Positions 22,538-33,662 of a stretch of DNA of 38,105 nt are shown here, in pieces. The stretch is from positions 1 to 38,105 of IMG/VR virus record IMGVR_UViG_3300008459_000140; one strand, written 5' to 3'. Under the pieces are notes generated by a model, which saw nothing but the letters and a program-made list of their open reading frames with translations, was not told the DNA's origin and searched no databases. The translations under genes and the position numbers were made by a program. The first letter of the stretch is position 1, and every line of letters starts with the position of its first letter. The stretch is from a virus. Taxonomy: Duplodnaviria; Caudoviricetes.

Positions 22538-24325
22538 ATGGCTAACACCAGCATCGATCTGGTTGGACTAGATTTCCAAACAATCAAAACAAATCTTAAG
22601 ACATATCTTAAGAATAACACAGCATTTAAAGATGTAGACTTTGAAGGGTCTAACATTAACACGTTGGTTGACTTACTGTCATACAACACCTATTTAAATT
22701 CCTTCTACACTAACATGGTTGCTAGTGAGATGTTTATCGACACTGCACAGTTACGAGATAGTGTTATTTCACATGCCAAGTCTTTAAATTACACTCCAAG
22801 ATCTTTTGTTTCCGCTAGTGCAGAAATTGCTTTGACGGTAACTCCTTCTGCTCCTGACACAAATGTAGTAATTCCAAAAGGAACAACTTTTACATCAAGA
22901 GTTGGGTCAAATACTTACACGTTCTCTACTTCAGCAACAGAGGTGATTAATACGTCGAATAACGGTGTATTTACGGCTAACCTGATGTTGTATGAGGGAA
23001 CATACATTGCTGATAGTTTTACTATGAATTACAGCAATACATCTCAAAGATTTGTTTTATCCAATCCAACAATTGATACTGGTAGTATTTCCGTAACAGT
23101 AATTGAAGATGGTGGATCTACAACTCTTGCTTACACAAAAACAGAAACCTTAATTGGTCTAACATCGCTGACAAGAGCTTATTTTGTAGAAGCTGCTGAG
23201 AATCAGCAATATGAAGTAAGATTTGGTGACAATGTTTTTGGTAGAAAGCCAAATGATGGTGCAGTGATCGTTGTTGAGTATAGAACATCCAGTGGAGAAT
23301 TGCCAAATGGTGCTTCTACATTCCTCAATGACGGAAATATTGATACGCATGCCAATGTGTCTATTAGAACTATTTCAAGTGCTGCTGGTGGAGCAATCAA
23401 TGAAACTATTGAATCAATTAGATACAATGCTCCAAGAAACTTCCAAGTTCAAGGAAGAGCTGTTACTGCAACCGATTACGAAACAATCCTAAAAGCTAAC
23501 TTTGGTGATATCCAAAGTATTTCAGCTTATGGTGGAGAGGATTTGGTTCCTCCACAATTTGGTAAAGTATTCATCTCTGTCGACGTCCAAAATGCTGACG
23601 GTACACCAGCAAACAGAATCAAAACGTTCAGTGACTTTATTAAAGATAAAACTCCTTTGACTGTTGATGTGGTGTTTGTTGATCCACAGTTCATGTACGT
23701 TAAGGTTGTTTCTGATATTAAGTATAACGTAAACGCAACTACAAAGTTGTCTAGTGATATTAGAACATCTGTATTATCGAAGATCAGTGCTTACAATACT
23801 AACCATCTTGAGGGATTCAAGAAGACTGTTTACTATTCTAAGTTAACTAAAGAGATCGATTCAGCTGATGATAGCATTGTCAGTAATGATACTGAAATTC
23901 GTGCTATCAAGATTATTACTCCTACAACAAACGTCGATCAGAGCTTTGAAGTTGATTTTGGTTTCCCTTTACAGTCAGAAACCGGGGTTGTACTAAACAC
24001 AGCTGAATATCACTACGGACACACTGTCCAATCATCTCCTTTCACGTATCAAGGCTATAGATCAATTTTAGTTGATGATACAAGAGGTTTGATATATGTT
24101 GCTAAATTAACAAGCGGTGTAGTAGAGATTAAAAAGGCTGTTGGTGTTGTGGATTATACAAACGGTAATCTCACTATTCAAGACCTCAATGTTTCTAGTT
24201 ATGAAGGCGTTGGTATTAAGCTGTATGTTAGAAGCAACACCAAAGATTTTTCAAGTACACAGAATGTTATTCTTGCTATCAAAGATGAAGATGTAACAGT
24301 TACAGTGACACCAGTTAAGTTATGA
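22538..24325 (+). CDS. gp6: baseplate wedge subunit gp6
   Basis: LDFQTIK, DFEGS, LLSYNTY, E-FIDTAQLRDSV-SHAK, FGDNVFG, Q-RAVT--DY, GGE---PP-FGKVFI. Confidence 0.95.
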   Translation: MANTSIDLVGLDFQTIKTNLKTYLKNNTAFKDVDFEGSNINTLVDLLSYNTYLNSFYTNMVASEMFIDTAQLRDSVISHAKSLNYTPRSFVSASAEIALTVTPSAPDTNVVIPKGTTFTSRVGSNTYTFSTSATEVINTSNNGVFTANLMLYEGTYIADSFTMNYSNTSQRFVLSNPTIDTGSISVTVIEDGGSTTLAYTKTETLIGLTSLTRAYFVEAAENQQYEVRFGDNVFGRKPNDGAVIVVEYRTSSGELPNGASTFLNDGNIDTHANVSIRTISSAAGGAINETIESIRYNAPRNFQVQGRAVTATDYETILKANFGDIQSISAYGGEDLVPPQFGKVFISVDVQNADGTPANRIKTFSDFIKDKTPLTVDVVFVDPQFMYVKVVSDIKYNVNATTKLSSDIRTSVLSKISAYNTNHLEGFKKTVYYSKLTKEIDSADDSIVSNDTEIRAIKIITPTTNVDQSFEVDFGFPLQSETGVVLNTAEYHYGHTVQSSPFTYQGYRSILVDDTRGLIYVAKLTSGVVEIKKAVGVVDYTNGNLTIQDLNVSSYEGVGIKLYVRSNTKDFSSTQNVILAIKDEDVTVTVTPVKL

Positions 24326-27132
24326 AGAATATTGAAGACTTAGTTTCCCCGTTAATTCAATCGCAGTTCCCCGCCTTCTATAATGAAGAGGGTCCGTTGT
24401 TTATTGAATTTGTTAAGTCTTATTATAAGTGGTTAGAAACTACTGGGCAGCAAGCATACTATTCAAGAAACTTAATTGAATATAGAGACGTTGATAAAAC
24501 TGTAGATGAATTTATAGTTCACTTCAAGGAAACATTCCTTAAAGATCTTCCTTTGTCTGTTCAAGCTGATGAAAGAATGTTCATCAGAAACATTCTCGAC
24601 TTGTATCAGAACAAAGGAAATGAGCAAAGCGTTAAGCTTGCGATGAGAGCTCTTTTCAATCAAGACTCTGCAATATATCTCCCTGGTCAAGACGTTTTAA
24701 AATCCTCGGATGGCACTTGGACAAAACCAAAATACTTGGAAGTCACCGTATCACCAAGAAACATAACGTTTGTTAATAAAGAAGTTGTTGGTGTGTCGAC
24801 AGGTGCAAAAGCCTTTTGCGAAAGTGTTGTGAAGAAAAGGGTCAATGGTAAGTTTATTGACGTGCTTTTCTTGTCCAATGTAAGAGGTGACTTTCTTTAT
24901 GGCGAGCAGGTTGTTGCAACATCCAACACAAACACCATTGATGCTCCTGCCATCACTGGTTCTTTAACTACACTTGATGTACTAAATGGCGGCCAAGATT
25001 TTGCTGTTGGAGATGAGTTCAATGTTGTTTCTGATAACGGTAGAAACGCTAAAGCAATTGTAACATCTATCTCTAGTGCTACTGGTAGAGTTAACTTTAA
25101 AATTAGAGATGGTGGTTTTGGATTCTCTAATACTGCAAATGTTTATATATCAGACAAGGTTTTAAGATATAACTCACTGACTAACAGCAATACACAAATT
25201 ACAGCTTTCGGTAGATTTGAAAATGTATCTCAGCAAGTGATGAGAGTTGGGTTCACAAGTGCTGTGAACGCTCAGTATTTTGCAGCCAATACTATTTTAT
25301 TTGCTCAAGGAAATTCCTCAGTAGCAAATGCAACAGCAGGAATTGTTTCCGTTACTTTGGTATCTAATGCTGTAGGTACAGTAAGAGTTAATAATATCTC
25401 AGGTAACATTGTAGCATCAAATCTAGTTTTCAAAGCTGATTTAGTGGACTTGGTCTATGACTCTGCTTCTAATGTATCTTTGTTTACTGCTAATTCTGTT
25501 ATTGAAACTGTTAATGCAACATCATCAGCAAATGCTTTGATATTGTCAGCAACAACTGCCAATACTACTAGGGGATCTTTATTATTGAGACCAATCAGTG
25601 GTAATGTTTTTGCAACCAATACATCTTTTAGACTTGTTACTAATAACGCGACGATTGCTACAGTAAACACTTATACTTCTAATCTTTCTTTTACTGCTGT
25701 GGTTGCTAACAATGCAGACATTACAGCAAGAGGAAAATTGATTGGTTCTAATGCTACCCACATTGGTTTAGATTCAGTTTTAAATGCCTTCTATCCATCC
25801 TCTATATTTTCATATGTTGTTGGATCTACTTCTAATAGTTACGCAAATATTGATTTCGTAAGTTCTGGTACAGATGCTACTTTCAGTGTTGGATCTCTTG
25901 ATAATGATGAAACGGTATTGCTGACTCCTGACCTACTTTCTTCTAATAATACAGGAAGTATTCCGTTTCTTGATATCAATCTTGATTTGAGTCCTAATAA
26001 TGCCAATGCCACTGGGTACGGATTTGTTAAGTATCCTGGTGCCAACATCAACACTACTTTGCTTAATGCGCTGAGATATAACAGTACTGTTATTGGTACA
26101 GTAGCTTCTCTTACTTCAATTAATCCAGGAACGGATTATAACATTGATCCGTTTGTATTGGTTTATGAGCCTGATGTTGCTGGTTACAAACGCAAAGATT
26201 TTTCAATTACAATCAGCAGTCCAACTAAGTTATTTGTTGTAGGTGAGATTGTTAAGCAAACATCTAATTCAGCAGCTGTTCAGTTAAATGTTACAGACTT
26301 CTCTGGTACTGCTGCTAATGGTTCACCAACAACCTCCTTTGAAGCTAGTGAGTATGTGTATCAAAGCAATGGTACTTCAAATATTGCAACGGGTTTTGTT
26401 TATTCTTCAGGTATTACTGGTGGAAGCGGTACAGTTAAACTGTACACAACGACTGGTTCATTCCAGAATACAAACACTAATGGATATCAACTCCAAACAC
26501 TAACTACTAACGCCACTGCCAACGTTGTTCTTGTAAACACCGCTGTAACAATATCCACAACAGCTGTAGGTCAAGTTAAAGAAGGATCTAATAGCACAGT
26601 GCTAGGTGTTAAAAGATTGAGTTTTGAAAATACTTTTTATCCTGCTAATACCATTATCGGTACTACTACTGGTGCACTAGCAACAATTGTAAGTGTAACA
26701 GAAGAAGCTAGTTCTTTACCAATTGGTGAAAATGCGGATATCAATGCTAACGTGCAAGTTGCCAATGCTGTCGTAAGTGGTGTTACGGTTCTTGATTCAG
26801 GATTTGGTTATATTGATGGAGAGAACGTTTCTCTTGAAAAGGAAGGATCTCCTTACATTGTTACAGCACAGACAACTCTTAATAAACAAGGTGTTGGTGA
26901 GGGGTACTTCTCAACCACTAGAGGTTTTGCTTCTAGCGACAAGAAAATTTTAGATAGCGACTACTACCAAGAATATAGTTACGAGATTCAATCTAAAGTT
27001 CCCTTCACAAAATACTCAGAAGTGCTTAAAAAGATTATTCACGTAGCTGGAACTAGAATGTTTGGTAAAGTGATTCTTTCTTCTGATCTTGATGTAAGTG
27101 CTAATGTGTCTTCGAAAATTGTTATTTCCTAG
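24322..27132 (+). CDS. gp7: baseplate wedge initiator gp7
   Basis: QFP-FY-E-GP-F-EF-KSYY, KG-EQS, SDG-W, DSDYYQEYSY-I, H-AG--MFG. Confidence 0.85.
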   Translation: MKNIEDLVSPLIQSQFPAFYNEEGPLFIEFVKSYYKWLETTGQQAYYSRNLIEYRDVDKTVDEFIVHFKETFLKDLPLSVQADERMFIRNILDLYQNKGNEQSVKLAMRALFNQDSAIYLPGQDVLKSSDGTWTKPKYLEVTVSPRNITFVNKEVVGVSTGAKAFCESVVKKRVNGKFIDVLFLSNVRGDFLYGEQVVATSNTNTIDAPAITGSLTTLDVLNGGQDFAVGDEFNVVSDNGRNAKAIVTSISSATGRVNFKIRDGGFGFSNTANVYISDKVLRYNSLTNSNTQITAFGRFENVSQQVMRVGFTSAVNAQYFAANTILFAQGNSSVANATAGIVSVTLVSNAVGTVRVNNISGNIVASNLVFKADLVDLVYDSASNVSLFTANSVIETVNATSSANALILSATTANTTRGSLLLRPISGNVFATNTSFRLVTNNATIATVNTYTSNLSFTAVVANNADITARGKLIGSNATHIGLDSVLNAFYPSSIFSYVVGSTSNSYANIDFVSSGTDATFSVGSLDNDETVLLTPDLLSSNNTGSIPFLDINLDLSPNNANATGYGFVKYPGANINTTLLNALRYNSTVIGTVASLTSINPGTDYNIDPFVLVYEPDVAGYKRKDFSITISSPTKLFVVGEIVKQTSNSAAVQLNVTDFSGTAANGSPTTSFEASEYVYQSNGTSNIATGFVYSSGITGGSGTVKLYTTTGSFQNTNTNGYQLQTLTTNATANVVLVNTAVTISTTAVGQVKEGSNSTVLGVKRLSFENTFYPANTIIGTTTGALATIVSVTEEASSLPIGENADINANVQVANAVVSGVTVLDSGFGYIDGENVSLEKEGSPYIVTAQTTLNKQGVGEGYFSTTRGFASSDKKILDSDYYQEYSYEIQSKVPFTKYSEVLKKIIHVAGTRMFGKVILSSDLDVSANVSSKIVIS

Positions 27133-27140
27133 CATAAATA
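27133..27140 (+). promoter_or_regulatory. late promoter
   Basis: CATAAATA 6 nt upstream of the gp8 ATG. Confidence 0.7.
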
Positions 27141-27146
27141 AGTTAT

Positions 27147-28907
27147 ATGTCTACAAAACTAGTTACCAATTATCTAAACTTGCATAACGCTAAGCAGTTC
27201 AGAGAGTCAATTTCTGAGACTGCCAACAGCATTTACTATGTGTTTGCTGGTCGTCATACACCTTATGCTGGTGGTGATGAAACCATCCCTAATTTAACAA
27301 ACACTAACGACACTGTTAACATTGATCCTTACAAACTGATGGTTTTTGGAAAAAAGGTTTCCAATAATGATGTTAAGGTAATGATTCCAAGATATGATTG
27401 GGTATCCAACACTGTTTACACAGCTTATAGTGGTAATACCGATATATCCGTAAATAATTACTATGCTGTTGTAAATGCAGTATCATCTTTCCATGTGTTT
27501 AAAGTACTTGGAAACAATAATGGTGCACCTTCAACTATATCACCAAACTTTAATGACACTGGTGCTGATGATGAGTTTTATAGTACTTCCGATGGTTATG
27601 TTTGGAAGTATATGTACACAATTGATAGTTCAAGCTTCACAAAGTTTGCTACAGATGAATACGTTCCTGTTATTCCAAACGCAAATGTGAGTGGTAATGC
27701 AGTTTCAGGATCGATTGATGTTGTTTTAGTTGATTACGCTGGATCGAATTATAACACATATCTTTCTAATACGTTCATTTCATCTGACTTGACTATTGGT
27801 GGAGATCCAACAATATTCACAATTGCAAATAATGCTGTTGCATCTAATAGTTTCTATGATAACAGCTACATTTACATTAAAGGTGGAACTGGTTTAGGAC
27901 AAATAAGAAAGATTGTTGACTATACAGTTATTGGTAATCAGAAAAAGATTACCGTTGATAGTGGGTTTAGTATTACTCCTGATATTACATCTGTTTATGA
28001 AATTACTCCTTCTGTATTATTTGAAGGTGATGGAACAGGAGCTATTGCTAGAGCTTTGGTTAACACAAACTCTTCTAATTCAATTTCAGGAATTGAGATT
28101 ATTGAAAGAGGCGCAGGATACACTTACGCTACTACAACTATTCTTGGTAATACGGGCGGTGTTTCAAATGCAGCGTCTGTTTATGTTGTACTAGGACCTA
28201 AGGGTGGACATGGCAAGGATCCAGAATTTGAACTGGGCGGTAAGTACTTGGGTATCAGCGTAACTTTTGCTAATAATGAATCAGGTACAATTCCTGTTTC
28301 AAATGATTATAGAACAATCGGATTATTGAAGGATCCTTTGTTCGCAAACGTAACACTAACAATTGCTACTCCTACTGGTGTGTTTACAGATAATGAAGTT
28401 GTCACACAAACCGATTCCAATGCAACTGGTATTGTGAAAGGAAGTACGACTACAACCGTTGCTGTCTCTAATGTTACGGGCATCTTTGTAACAAACAAGA
28501 TTATTACAGGTGGTACTTCTGGTGCTACCGCCAATGCTATTAGCTATGTTATCAATGATCAAGCAAAAGACTTTAACACATTTGATAACAGAGAACGATA
28601 CACATACACAGCTGGTTCTGGCACTTTTGTAGAAGATGAAAAGGTGTTTCAACTTGATGTAGCTACTGCCAATGCCTACTACCATTCAAACGATGCCAAT
28701 TATTATTATTTGACTGACTTAAGAGGTGTGCTTAATACCGGAAACACCATGATTGGTGTCAATTCAGGAGCCTCCATTACATTGAATAGCCGCTTGCCAT
28801 CTGACATTGTTCAGGGCAGTGGAGAAGTGTTATACATAGAAAACGTAGATCCGATTGAGAGAAGTGTAAGCCAATCCGAATCTATAAAACTAATTTTGAA
28901 GTTTTAA
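27147..28907 (+). CDS. gp8: baseplate wedge subunit gp8
   Basis: IPRYDW, DGYVWKYMYTI, P-GGHG-DP--ELG, DYR-IGLLKDP, SGEVLYIEN--PI-R---Q-E-IKLIL-F. Confidence 0.9.
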   Translation: MSTKLVTNYLNLHNAKQFRESISETANSIYYVFAGRHTPYAGGDETIPNLTNTNDTVNIDPYKLMVFGKKVSNNDVKVMIPRYDWVSNTVYTAYSGNTDISVNNYYAVVNAVSSFHVFKVLGNNNGAPSTISPNFNDTGADDEFYSTSDGYVWKYMYTIDSSSFTKFATDEYVPVIPNANVSGNAVSGSIDVVLVDYAGSNYNTYLSNTFISSDLTIGGDPTIFTIANNAVASNSFYDNSYIYIKGGTGLGQIRKIVDYTVIGNQKKITVDSGFSITPDITSVYEITPSVLFEGDGTGAIARALVNTNSSNSISGIEIIERGAGYTYATTTILGNTGGVSNAASVYVVLGPKGGHGKDPEFELGGKYLGISVTFANNESGTIPVSNDYRTIGLLKDPLFANVTLTIATPTGVFTDNEVVTQTDSNATGIVKGSTTTTVAVSNVTGIFVTNKIITGGTSGATANAISYVINDQAKDFNTFDNRERYTYTAGSGTFVEDEKVFQLDVATANAYYHSNDANYYYLTDLRGVLNTGNTMIGVNSGASITLNSRLPSDIVQGSGEVLYIENVDPIERSVSQSESIKLILKF

Positions 28908-28916
28908 GAGGACTAG

Positions 28917-31900
28917 ATGTCATTAGAAACCAATTTCAACACCACTCCCTACTGGGATGATTTTAATGAAGATAAGGACTTTTATAAAATCCTCTTCAAG
29001 CCTGGTGTTGCCTTACAGACTCGCGAATTAAACCAACTTCAAACAATCCTCCAAAAGCAAGTAGAGAGATTTGGAGATCATGTTTTCAAAAGTGGTACAA
29101 TTGTTAGTGGTGTTAACTTTATCTACAATCCTCTTTTAGCTTATGCTAAGATCCGTGATTTGCAAGAAGATGGCCAGCCTGCAAACCCACAAGACTATGT
29201 TGGCTTGTTTGTAAAAAACTCTGCAAATTTACAAGCTATTGTTATAAATTACTCTTCAGGTTTTGAGTCAAAGAGTCCTGATTTAAACACAATCTTTTTA
29301 CAATATACCAACTCAGGTAACACATACAATCTTGAAGCATTTTCAAACGATGATGTTTTGGAAGTATTCAGTAAGGAAAATAACTTATTTGATGTTGATG
29401 TAAACAATGGTGGGTTGGGCTTTGCCAACTCAGACTCTCTGCATGTTATCAGTGCTTTGACTGTTCAAATATCCAGTGGTGCTTTCACCAATGGTGAGAT
29501 TTTTACACAAGCAACATCCGGTGCTAGACAACAAATTGTTGGTATTACTAATGGTTCAACAGCGAACACAAAGATTCTTTCTGTCAAACCCATCAACTCA
29601 GAGCAGCTAGCAAATACATCAGCCAATTCCACGTCATGGACCGTTTCTACGGGTTACAACATTACTGGCAATACTTCCAGTGCAGTTGCCAATGTTATCT
29701 CTCAAATCGGTAGTGGAGCTACTGGATCTATTATCACTGATTCACTTGGTGTTGTTCAAAACCTAGTTATTTCCAATGGTGGTAAAGATTACACTACGCT
29801 TCCTCAAGTGGTCATCAAGCCTGCTTCTGGTTCCGCTTCTGTTTCCACTTTGGATTTGACAGCTAGAACATATAAGACGAAAGTTCGTGTTGCTCCTGGT
29901 ACATTTGCTGATCCTGTTGGATATGGATATTCATTTGGAGTGACGGAAGGTGTGATTTACCAAAAGGGAACATTCTCAAGGGTACTTCCACAATCTATTA
30001 TTGTATCAAAATATTCTACATCTCCTGATAATTTATCGGTCGGATTCACTTCTGATGAGTCTATCGTTAAATATACAACCGACTCCACACTTTACGATAA
30101 TGCCGCAAACACTTATAATGAGACAGCTCCTGGTGCTGATCGTCTAAGAATTAGACCTACATTGTACGTTGTCAATACAGATATTGGTGCTGCAAATTCT
30201 CAATTCCTGTCATTGGTGGAATTTAGTGATGGTAGGGCTTCAAAGGAAAACCGTAATACAGTTTACAATCAACTTGCTAAAGAGTTTGAAACAAGAACTT
30301 TTGAATCCGCTGGTAATTTTGTAATCAATACATTTAGAAGCTCAACCAAAGAGAAGGCCGCAAATACCTCTCACGTTTCCGTGGTAGTGGATCCGGGCCT
30401 TGCTTACATTAGTGGTAAGCGAGTAAAAACTACAAGTAATATTTCCAAAGACGTTCAAAAGTCAAACACTGTATTCACTAAGACGAATCAAACCATTACG
30501 GCTAATTTTGGTAATTATGTCAAGGTAAATGAGCTAGCAGGATTCTTCGATTTTAAAACTGGTGGTACTGTTAACTTATATGATACAGCTAAAACATATT
30601 TGACAAATGTTACAGTTGGATCAACAGCTACGATCACCCCAGCTGGAACCTTAATTGGCACAGCAAGCATGAGATCTATTGTGTACCAAGAAGGTACTGT
30701 TGGAACTCCAAATGCATTGTACAGAATGTATTTGTTTGATATCACAATGAATTCTGGTAAATCATTCCGTGATGTTAAATCATTCTATTTTGATGGTTCG
30801 TATGATGGGGTTTGTGATGCAGTGCTTGAAACGGATGGAACATCCGGTGCAAACATTGCAGTATTGTATGACACAAACAATCCTGATATCATTTTCCCAA
30901 CAGGTGTAAAAGCTGTTAAATCTATTTCTGATATTAGCTACACATACAGAACTTCGACGGAGAATCTGACACTTGGAACAGATGGTACTATCCAGATTAC
31001 TGCTCCAACAACTTACACGTTCCCATATTCCGGATCATTGTCTTTATCAGCAGCTCAAAAAGCTGATTTTGTAATTGCTCCTGTATCGAATACTTACACA
31101 GCAAACACTACTGGAACATCGTCAGGTAATACAACATCTGCTAACTTGGTAGGAACATCAACATCTTATCTTGCTGATTACGCAGCTGGTGACTACATTT
31201 CCTTCTACACTACAACATCTGCTTATGATGTGAGAAGAGTTGAAAACGTTGTTAATAATACTTTAATTATTCTCAATAGCGCGTTAACGGCTGCTAACAG
31301 TTCAACTACAACAGCTTTGTTCTTCCCTGCTTACTATCCATTGGATTTAAGTAGATCAACAAGATCTATTACAACATCTGCCAATGCTGCTGTGGCAACA
31401 GTTGCTTTGAATGAAACAGTTGTATCAGCAAATGTAGTAGCATTCTACAATATTAGAATACCTTCTGCTACCCAGATCCATAAAGATCTTGATAGAGACT
31501 TGTATGTTAAAATCTACACTGGTAATAACGTAACAGTTTCTGCTTCAGGTAACAACACTACAGGTCCTTGGAGTCTTGGTATTCCTGATACATTCAGATT
31601 AAAGAATGTATACTACGGTAACACTGCTTCCAGCACTGACGTAACCAAACACTTTTATGTTAACGCATATAACGATGGGGATATTGTTAAAAATGCTGAT
31701 CTCAGATTAGTCCCAGGATCCGACCTTGCCATTTCAAACACTCAATGGCTGCTTGCTAAATTTGATGCTTTCGATGTTAATACAGCAGAGGGATTCATCA
31801 CAATTAATTCTTACAATGATTTAATTGATGATTCTACTGGTTATAGCAATAACACTTATATCAATCGATTGGAAGTTCCAGAAGTACTAACTTCTGATAG

Positions 31901-33251
31901 CAGATACTATGATGGAATTGATTGTTTCGACTTTAGACCGTTTACAACTAATACAGCAGTATATTCTACTACTGTGGCAGGTTCAACTATTAACCCAGCC
32001 AATACCCAATCACTAAGTGCTGATGAGAAGTATTTTCCAGTACCTGATTCTGCTATTACCTTTGATATTGATTTTTACGGAAGTAGAATTGATAGAGTAG
32101 TAGTAAACAAGGATGGTAATATTTCTGTTATTCAGGGCGCTCCCGATGTGGTCAACCTAAAAGAACCAGGAGCTCCATCCGACTCAATAACAATTAATAG
32201 ATTGTTTGTTCCACCATACCCTTCATTGCCAACAGCAATTTCAAATACAACTTTCCGAATACTGGATAAAAAAGTTGGTAATGAAAGTGCCATTGTTAAT
32301 GGTAGACAGCAAGCCTACACTATTAATAATTTGAATTCATCCGCTGATACAAGAGCTCAGCCTAAACGATATTCGATGTCTCAAATCAATAAACTTGAGA
32401 AAAGAATTGATACATTAGAAAAGCAAGTAGCCCTCAATACATTAGAAAAACAAATTACCCAATTGGTTATTCCGAGTTCCAATGATGCAGGTAAGGATAG
32501 ATTTAAAAATGCATTCTTGGTGGATGGTTTTGATGATGCCTTCATTGCTGATCGATCAAGTGTAGAAAATACTGCATATATTGATAGTCAGAATAGTGAG
32601 TTACTTCCACTGACAACTATATTTAATGTCGAGAGTATTTTTGATAGATCGGATGCTGCAACAAGTAGCAACATTCTTTTGGACAAAACCTTGTTGTTAC
32701 CCTACGAAGAGTTTACTTTTATTAGTCAATTAAGCGCTTCAGAACCTGCTGTACCAAGAGTAACTCCATCAAGAGTTAGTGATGTTGTGTATGAGCCAGT
32801 TGATAATGGTCCATATACACCACCTACAACTATTATTACTGAGGATCCAGTAGTACCAACACCAGAAAAACCAAAACCAGCAATGGTTAAAGTTGTCATT
32901 AATGGTGCTGTAAATTATTATGAAGCTGACTTTGTTTCTGATTACTATGAGAAACACAAAGATGTACTTGATTCAGAGTTTGATATTAATATTGGTGGTT
33001 TCCGTGCTGGAGATACAACAGCTGTATTTGATATTACGCTAACGTCAAAAGTTTCTATACCTGAAGTCCAAGCTACACCTGCTGAACCTGTTGTTGTTGT
33101 TGCTACTATCGAGCCTCCTATAGTTAAAGAGGAAAGTAGTCCCGTTGAGGAAATTTCTGCTGGAGGTAGCGACAGTGGAGATGCAGGCGGCGGGGACGGT
33201 GGTTCAGCAGCCGGCACTGGCGCAGGCGCTGGCACCGGAAATGCTGAGTAA
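28917..33251 (+). CDS. VrlC-like / DUF4815-like large virion structural protein (N-terminal part)
   Basis: PYWDDF, ILFKPG-ALQ-RELNQLQ, APGADRL, RTFESAGNF, PG-AYI-G, DFRP, RYSM--I--LEKRI, DRFKN-F-VD-F. Confidence 0.85.
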   Translation: MSLETNFNTTPYWDDFNEDKDFYKILFKPGVALQTRELNQLQTILQKQVERFGDHVFKSGTIVSGVNFIYNPLLAYAKIRDLQEDGQPANPQDYVGLFVKNSANLQAIVINYSSGFESKSPDLNTIFLQYTNSGNTYNLEAFSNDDVLEVFSKENNLFDVDVNNGGLGFANSDSLHVISALTVQISSGAFTNGEIFTQATSGARQQIVGITNGSTANTKILSVKPINSEQLANTSANSTSWTVSTGYNITGNTSSAVANVISQIGSGATGSIITDSLGVVQNLVISNGGKDYTTLPQVVIKPASGSASVSTLDLTARTYKTKVRVAPGTFADPVGYGYSFGVTEGVIYQKGTFSRVLPQSIIVSKYSTSPDNLSVGFTSDESIVKYTTDSTLYDNAANTYNETAPGADRLRIRPTLYVVNTDIGAANSQFLSLVEFSDGRASKENRNTVYNQLAKEFETRTFESAGNFVINTFRSSTKEKAANTSHVSVVVDPGLAYISGKRVKTTSNISKDVQKSNTVFTKTNQTITANFGNYVKVNELAGFFDFKTGGTVNLYDTAKTYLTNVTVGSTATITPAGTLIGTASMRSIVYQEGTVGTPNALYRMYLFDITMNSGKSFRDVKSFYFDGSYDGVCDAVLETDGTSGANIAVLYDTNNPDIIFPTGVKAVKSISDISYTYRTSTENLTLGTDGTIQITAPTTYTFPYSGSLSLSAAQKADFVIAPVSNTYTANTTGTSSGNTTSANLVGTSTSYLADYAAGDYISFYTTTSAYDVRRVENVVNNTLIILNSALTAANSSTTTALFFPAYYPLDLSRSTRSITTSANAAVATVALNETVVSANVVAFYNIRIPSATQIHKDLDRDLYVKIYTGNNVTVSASGNNTTGPWSLGIPDTFRLKNVYYGNTASSTDVTKHFYVNAYNDGDIVKNADLRLVPGSDLAISNTQWLLAKFDAFDVNTAEGFITINSYNDLIDDSTGYSNNTYINRLEVPEVLTSDSRYYDGIDCFDFRPFTTNTAVYSTTVAGSTINPANTQSLSADEKYFPVPDSAITFDIDFYGSRIDRVVVNKDGNISVIQGAPDVVNLKEPGAPSDSITINRLFVPPYPSLPTAISNTTFRILDKKVGNESAIVNGRQQAYTINNLNSSADTRAQPKRYSMSQINKLEKRIDTLEKQVALNTLEKQITQLVIPSSNDAGKDRFKNAFLVDGFDDAFIADRSSVENTAYIDSQNSELLPLTTIFNVESIFDRSDAATSSNILLDKTLLLPYEEFTFISQLSASEPAVPRVTPSRVSDVVYEPVDNGPYTPPTTIITEDPVVPTPEKPKPAMVKVVINGAVNYYEADFVSDYYEKHKDVLDSEFDINIGGFRAGDTTAVFDITLTSKVSIPEVQATPAEPVVVVATIEPPIVKEESSPVEEISAGGSDSGDAGGGDGGSAAGTGAGAGTGNAE

Positions 33252-33279
33252 ATGCTTATACTAGTAACTTAAAAACATC

Positions 33280-33287
33280 TATAAATA
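33280..33287 (+). promoter_or_regulatory. late promoter (exact T4 consensus)
   Basis: TATAAATA 5 nt upstream of ATG 33293. Confidence 0.75.
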
Positions 33288-33292
33288 AAAAT

Positions 33293-33661
33293 ATGGGACA
33301 AAGATTCATTCGATTTAAGGAACGAGACATAATACTAGAGTTTTATGGCTTGAGACCTTACACAACTCATTACTTTTATTTTGATAAAGTAAAGGTAACC
33401 GACATGGTTAAGCAATTTGGAAAAAAATTAGGTCAACCTTTAATTTCTGATGAAAATGGAAACCTTAAGATTATTTTTTATTTAAGTTCCGGAATTGCTT
33501 CTGATTCTTATGAGAGTATTCCAACCAAAGTTAATAATTTGAAAGCTGGTAGAAAAGAAGTTGTTGTAACAACAATCAATAGTACCATCTTGCCTGATAA
33601 TTATTCCCTATCATCTACTTCTTACTGTGCTTCAATTTTAGGATTAGACAAAGTAATTTAA
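33293..33661 (+). CDS. structural protein resembling an internal segment of VrlC-like proteins
   Basis: GLRPYT-HYFYFD---VT, LISDENG-L---FY. Confidence 0.7.
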   Translation: MGQRFIRFKERDIILEFYGLRPYTTHYFYFDKVKVTDMVKQFGKKLGQPLISDENGNLKIIFYLSSGIASDSYESIPTKVNNLKAGRKEVVVTTINSTILPDNYSLSSTSYCASILGLDKVI

Positions 33662-33662
33662 A

